A stretch of 43,044 nt of DNA, from the NCBI GenBank assembly GCA_902779265.1, contig CACZAY010000027.1, positions 1 through 43,044 of the forward strand. The letters are read 5' to 3'. The notes beneath the pieces were generated by a model that did no database searches, had not been told where the DNA came from, and was given only the letters and a program-made list of their open reading frames with translations. The stretch comes from an uncultured Bacteroidales bacterium. GTDB taxonomy: Bacteria; Bacteroidota; Bacteroidia; Bacteroidales; UBA3663. Shown here piece by piece: positions 39,661 to 43,044 of the stretch (its first letter is position 1; each line of letters begins with the position of its first letter). A program made the position numbers and the translations under genes.

Positions 39661-39702
39661 AAAATTGTTTATTTTTCTTTATCCTTTAGAGATTTTCGGG
39701 CG

Positions 39703-39813
39703 CAAAGGTAGCATTTTTCAGACGAAAGGCCAAAAGAAACGATGAAAAAATGATTTTTTACTACAATTTTTCCGAAAAAGGCTTGGATTCTCCTGAAAAT
39801 TCGCTTATCTTTG
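39703..39813. promoter_or_regulatory. Divergent -7 boxes
   Basis: TACCTTTG (minus, 39703-39710); TATCTTTG (plus, 39806-39813). Confidence 0.65.
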
Positions 39814-39935
39814 CCGCCGGTTTATTCCAATTCGTGCTGGGCCGATGCCTTTGAGTTTCCCGGAACTCAATGTTATCGGTCCTTGTAAAATTGACTTTCC
39901 GTCCCGACGGGAAGCCGCAACCGAACACCAAAACA

Positions 39936-41162
39936 ATGCGTACAATTTTCAACGTCAAGGACGCTTTTGCTGCCTTGTCTCTTTTTGCACTTTTGCTGAC
40001 CAGCTGCGACAACCGCCGCCTGGCCACAATCGAAGGAAACATCGCCGGAGGTGATGGCCAATTGCTCATTCTCGAGCATCTCACCGACGGTGCCCCCCGT
40101 ATGGTCGACACCCTCCGGCTGACGGCCGACGGCCAGTTCCGTTTCCGTCCCGAAGTGGAGCCCGGCCCCGACTTCTTCAGCCTCCGTCTGGGCAACCAGT
40201 CCATCTCATTGGTCATCGACACCCTCCTTTCTCCGGTCAAGGTTTCGGCCAATGCCAGCAGCTTGATTTCCAGCTACGAGGTGGGCGACTCGCTGAACCG
40301 CGAACTGCGCGACGCCGTTTCGCTGGGCAACCGCCTGCGCGGACAGATCGTCGCCGTCAACCAGACGTTCAACCAGGGCGGCATGGAGCGGCAGCAGGCG
40401 CGCGACTCGATTCTCACATTGGTCGCCGACTATAAGCAGAATGTCCTGTACAAATATATATACAGCAATCCGGCTAGTCCGGCCAGCTACTACCTGCTGT
40501 TCGAGACTGTGAACGGTCTGGTGATTTTTGATGCCAATGCGCCACAGGACCTGCGTGCTTTCGGGGCCGTCGCCACAAGCTGGCGCTTCAACTATCCCGC
40601 TTCGCCGCGCAACAGCGTGCTCGAGAAGATGACCATCGAAGGTCAGCAGCGCCGCCGTGCCGAGGTTGCCAGGGCCCAGAAGGTCGATTCATTGGCCAAC
40701 GCCATTCCTATTGAGACCCGCAATTTCCCCGAGCTGAACCTCCCAAACGCTGATGACCGCGCAACGTCACTCACGGCATTGGCCGACAACAGCAAGGGTC
40801 CTGTCCTGGTGGATTTCACGGCCTATTTTTTGAACTTTTCGCCGGCCCACAACATGGCATTGGCCGAAATCTACAAGAAATATGAGAGCCAGGGTCTGAA
40901 GATCTACCAGGTCTGCCTCGACTACGACGAGCACTTCTGGAAGACCAGCTCGGACAACGTCCCGTGGACCACCGTGCGCGACCTGAGCACGAGCTACGAC
41001 ACGCAGGGCAACATCCAATACTCGGCCGCAGCGATGACCTACAACGTCAAGTCTCTGCCCACGACCTTCATCATCGGGGCCGATGGCACACTCAAGGCCC
41101 GCATTGACGGTAACGACGCCAAAATTGAGGCAGAATTAAAGAAAATTAACATGCAGAAATAA
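39936..41162 (+). CDS. Lipoprotein with DUF4369-like and TlpA/thioredoxin-like domains lacking CxxC
   Basis: Lipobox LTSC; VLVDFTAY, YKKY...GLKIYQV.LD....WK, YNV.SLPTTFII. Confidence 0.8.
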   Translation: MRTIFNVKDAFAALSLFALLLTSCDNRRLATIEGNIAGGDGQLLILEHLTDGAPRMVDTLRLTADGQFRFRPEVEPGPDFFSLRLGNQSISLVIDTLLSPVKVSANASSLISSYEVGDSLNRELRDAVSLGNRLRGQIVAVNQTFNQGGMERQQARDSILTLVADYKQNVLYKYIYSNPASPASYYLLFETVNGLVIFDANAPQDLRAFGAVATSWRFNYPASPRNSVLEKMTIEGQQRRRAEVARAQKVDSLANAIPIETRNFPELNLPNADDRATSLTALADNSKGPVLVDFTAYFLNFSPAHNMALAEIYKKYESQGLKIYQVCLDYDEHFWKTSSDNVPWTTVRDLSTSYDTQGNIQYSAAAMTYNVKSLPTTFIIGADGTLKARIDGNDAKIEAELKKINMQK

Positions 41163-41219
41163 ACGATAATCGTTTTTCATCCGTTTTGATACAGTAACCA
41201 AGAAACACATTCTTATATT

Positions 41220-41690
41220 ATGGCAGTAAGTTACATGAGCGAGGAAGGCTACAAGAAGATCCTCGAAGAAATCAACTATTTGGAAAGTGTTGAACGTCCA
41301 AAGGCAAGTGCAGCCATCGCCGAAGCCCGCGAAAAGGGCGACTTGAGCGAAAATGCAGAATACGATGCAGCCAAAGAGGCCCAGGGTAAGCTGGAGAGCA
41401 AAATCGCCCTCCTGAAGGATCAGGTGGCCAATGCACGCATCATCGACGCATCGAAGCTGAACGCCGACAAGGTGCAGATCATGACCACTGTGCGTCTGCT
41501 CAACAAGAAGATGAAGAAGGAAATGACCTACACCATCGTGGCCGAGAGCGAAGCCAACTTCCGCGAAGGCAAAATCAGCGTAGCGACCCCAATCGCCAAG
41601 GCTCTGTTGAACCACAAGGTGGGCGACGTGGTCGAGGTGAAGGTGCCGGCCGGCGTGCAGGAACTTGAAATTCTCGAAATCTCCATCTGA
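41220..41690 (+). CDS. greA: Transcription elongation factor GreA
   Basis: GDLSENAEYDAAK, ISV.TPIAKALL. Confidence 0.96.
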   Translation: MAVSYMSEEGYKKILEEINYLESVERPKASAAIAEAREKGDLSENAEYDAAKEAQGKLESKIALLKDQVANARIIDASKLNADKVQIMTTVRLLNKKMKKEMTYTIVAESEANFREGKISVATPIAKALLNHKVGDVVEVKVPAGVQELEILEISI

Positions 41691-41706
41691 AAACCGCGTA
41701 GCAGCT

Positions 41707-42099
41707 ATGACAATTTTCTCGAAAATCATTGCAGGTGAGATTCCTTCGTACAAGGTTGCGGAGGATGACCTTTTTTATGCCTTCCTCGACATCAATCCGG
41801 TGGCGAAGGGCCATACGCTCGTTGTGCCGAAGCAGGAGGTTGACTACATCTTCGACCAGAGCGACGCCATGCTCAGCGCGCACACTGTGTTTGCCAAACG
41901 TGTGGCATCGGCCATCAAGAAGGCAATTCCCTGCAACCGCGTCGGCGTGGCCGTGATGGGTCTCGAAGTGCCGCACGCACACATCCACCTCATCCCGCTG
42001 AACAGCGAGGGCGACATGGACTTCCGCAAGGAGCATCTGAAGCTCTCGCCTGAGGAGATGCAGGAGATTGCAGCCAGCATTGCAGCTAATTTTGAGTGA
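41707..42099 (+). CDS. HIT family protein
   Basis: TIFSKIIAGEIP, FLDINP, GHTLVVPK, HAHIH triad. Confidence 0.93.
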   Translation: MTIFSKIIAGEIPSYKVAEDDLFYAFLDINPVAKGHTLVVPKQEVDYIFDQSDAMLSAHTVFAKRVASAIKKAIPCNRVGVAVMGLEVPHAHIHLIPLNSEGDMDFRKEHLKLSPEEMQEIAASIAANFE

Positions 42100-42135
42100 G
42101 AAATTCCCAGTTGGGCAAAACCGTAATTTTACAAT

Positions 42136-42825
42136 ATGAACAACGAATTCTATAAGTTCGCCACGTGCAATGCAGGCGTCAACGGCCACATGCTGGACGA
42201 CTATATGCGTTTCCAGAGCAAGACGTTGCAGCCGCGTGCATCGTACATAAACCCAAGCATCATCGAAGAGCGCCAGCTCAATGTCGCCCAGATGGATGTC
42301 TTCTCGCGCCTGATGATGGACCGCATCATCTTCCTCGGCACCGAGATTGACGAATACAGCGCCAACGTCGTACAGGCACAGCTGCTGTTTCTCGCGTCGG
42401 CCGAGGGCGACAAGGATGTCGTGATGTACCTGAACAGTCCCGGCGGAATCGTGAGCGGCGGATTGGCCATCTACGACACGATGAACTACATCTCGTGCGA
42501 CGTCTCGACCGTCGTGACCGGTATGGCCGCCTCGATGGCATCGGTGCTGCTCGCTGCCGGAACCAAGGGCAAGCGTTTCGCCCTGCCGCACAGCCGCGTG
42601 ATGATTCACCAGCCGTTGGGCGGCACTCAGGGTCAGGCCAGCGACATGGAAATCGCCGTCAACGAAATCAAGAAGCTCAAGGGCGAGCTTTACCAGATTT
42701 TGGCCGACTGCACCAACCAGCCGATTGACCGCATCGAGCGTGATTGCGACCGCGACCACTACTTGACCGCGACCGAGGCTCTTGAATATGGAATGATTGA
42801 CAAGATTTTTGAGAAGAAAAGATAA
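42136..42825 (+). CDS. clpP: ATP-dependent Clp protease proteolytic subunit
   Basis: DVFSRLMMDRIIFLG, YLNSPGG, GMAASM, MIHQP, DRD. Confidence 0.96.
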   Translation: MNNEFYKFATCNAGVNGHMLDDYMRFQSKTLQPRASYINPSIIEERQLNVAQMDVFSRLMMDRIIFLGTEIDEYSANVVQAQLLFLASAEGDKDVVMYLNSPGGIVSGGLAIYDTMNYISCDVSTVVTGMAASMASVLLAAGTKGKRFALPHSRVMIHQPLGGTQGQASDMEIAVNEIKKLKGELYQILADCTNQPIDRIERDCDRDHYLTATEALEYGMIDKIFEKKR

Positions 42826-43044
42826 ATGGCAGGAAAAAGAAACGAAGATAGATGCAACTTCTGCGGCCGTGGCCGTGGCGAAGTGAATCTGCTGATTTCC
42901 GGAATCGACGGCTACATCTGCGACGAGTGCGCCGAACAGGCTCATGCCATCGTCAACGAGGCCTTGAAGCAGCATGACGAGCATTCGTCGGCTATGGACA
43001 TGGACTTGAGCGAACTGCCCAAGCCGAAGGACATCAAGGCATTC
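42826..43044 (+). CDS. clpX: ClpX ATPase subunit, 5' part (runs off window)
   Basis: MAGKRNEDRCNFCGR...LLISG..GYICDEC...LPKPKDIK zinc-binding domain, immediately after clpP. Confidence 0.92.
   Translation, partial: MAGKRNEDRCNFCGRGRGEVNLLISGIDGYICDECAEQAHAIVNEALKQHDEHSSAMDMDLSELPKPKDIKAF

Noticed and set aside
39936-41162. Missing CxxC as a novel feature
   Set aside because: Redox-inactive TlpA-like lipoproteins are, to my knowledge, common in Bacteroidales

Overview
A GC-rich (~60% by eye) Bacteroidales chromosomal segment, probably Prevotellaceae/Bacteroidaceae-like, judged from TAnnTTTG promoters and gene content. It carries pectin-degrading enzymes (PL11 rhamnogalacturonan lyase, GH106, PL9), a membrane-anchored AraC regulator, a fimbrillin-like lipoprotein, housekeeping genes (proC, aroE, nadE, rnz, two deoxynucleoside kinases, thrA-apgM-thrC, nrdG, rluA-family, pnp, greA, HIT, clpP, partial clpX) and two AT-rich inserted genes. 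The strongest unexplained signal is a highly iterated palindrome, consensus CATYGGCCRATG (usually as half-sites GGCCRATG / CATYGGCC). It is spread through coding and intergenic DNA but absent from one AT-rich foreign gene, which recalls cyanobacterial HIP1. Intergenic regions are mosaics of several repeat families: a transcription-oriented REP just after stop codons, a ~300 bp structured element in three copies with compensatory changes, and a four-helix-bundle gene remnant inside inverted repeats. One AT-rich gene fuses a CoiA-like nuclease to a SLOG domain (candidate defence gene). Three genes (PL11, proC, thrA) have frame-breaking deletions that look like assembly artefacts. No rRNA, tRNA, CRISPR, transposase or reverse transcriptase was recognised. 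All family calls come from motif recognition, not database searches.
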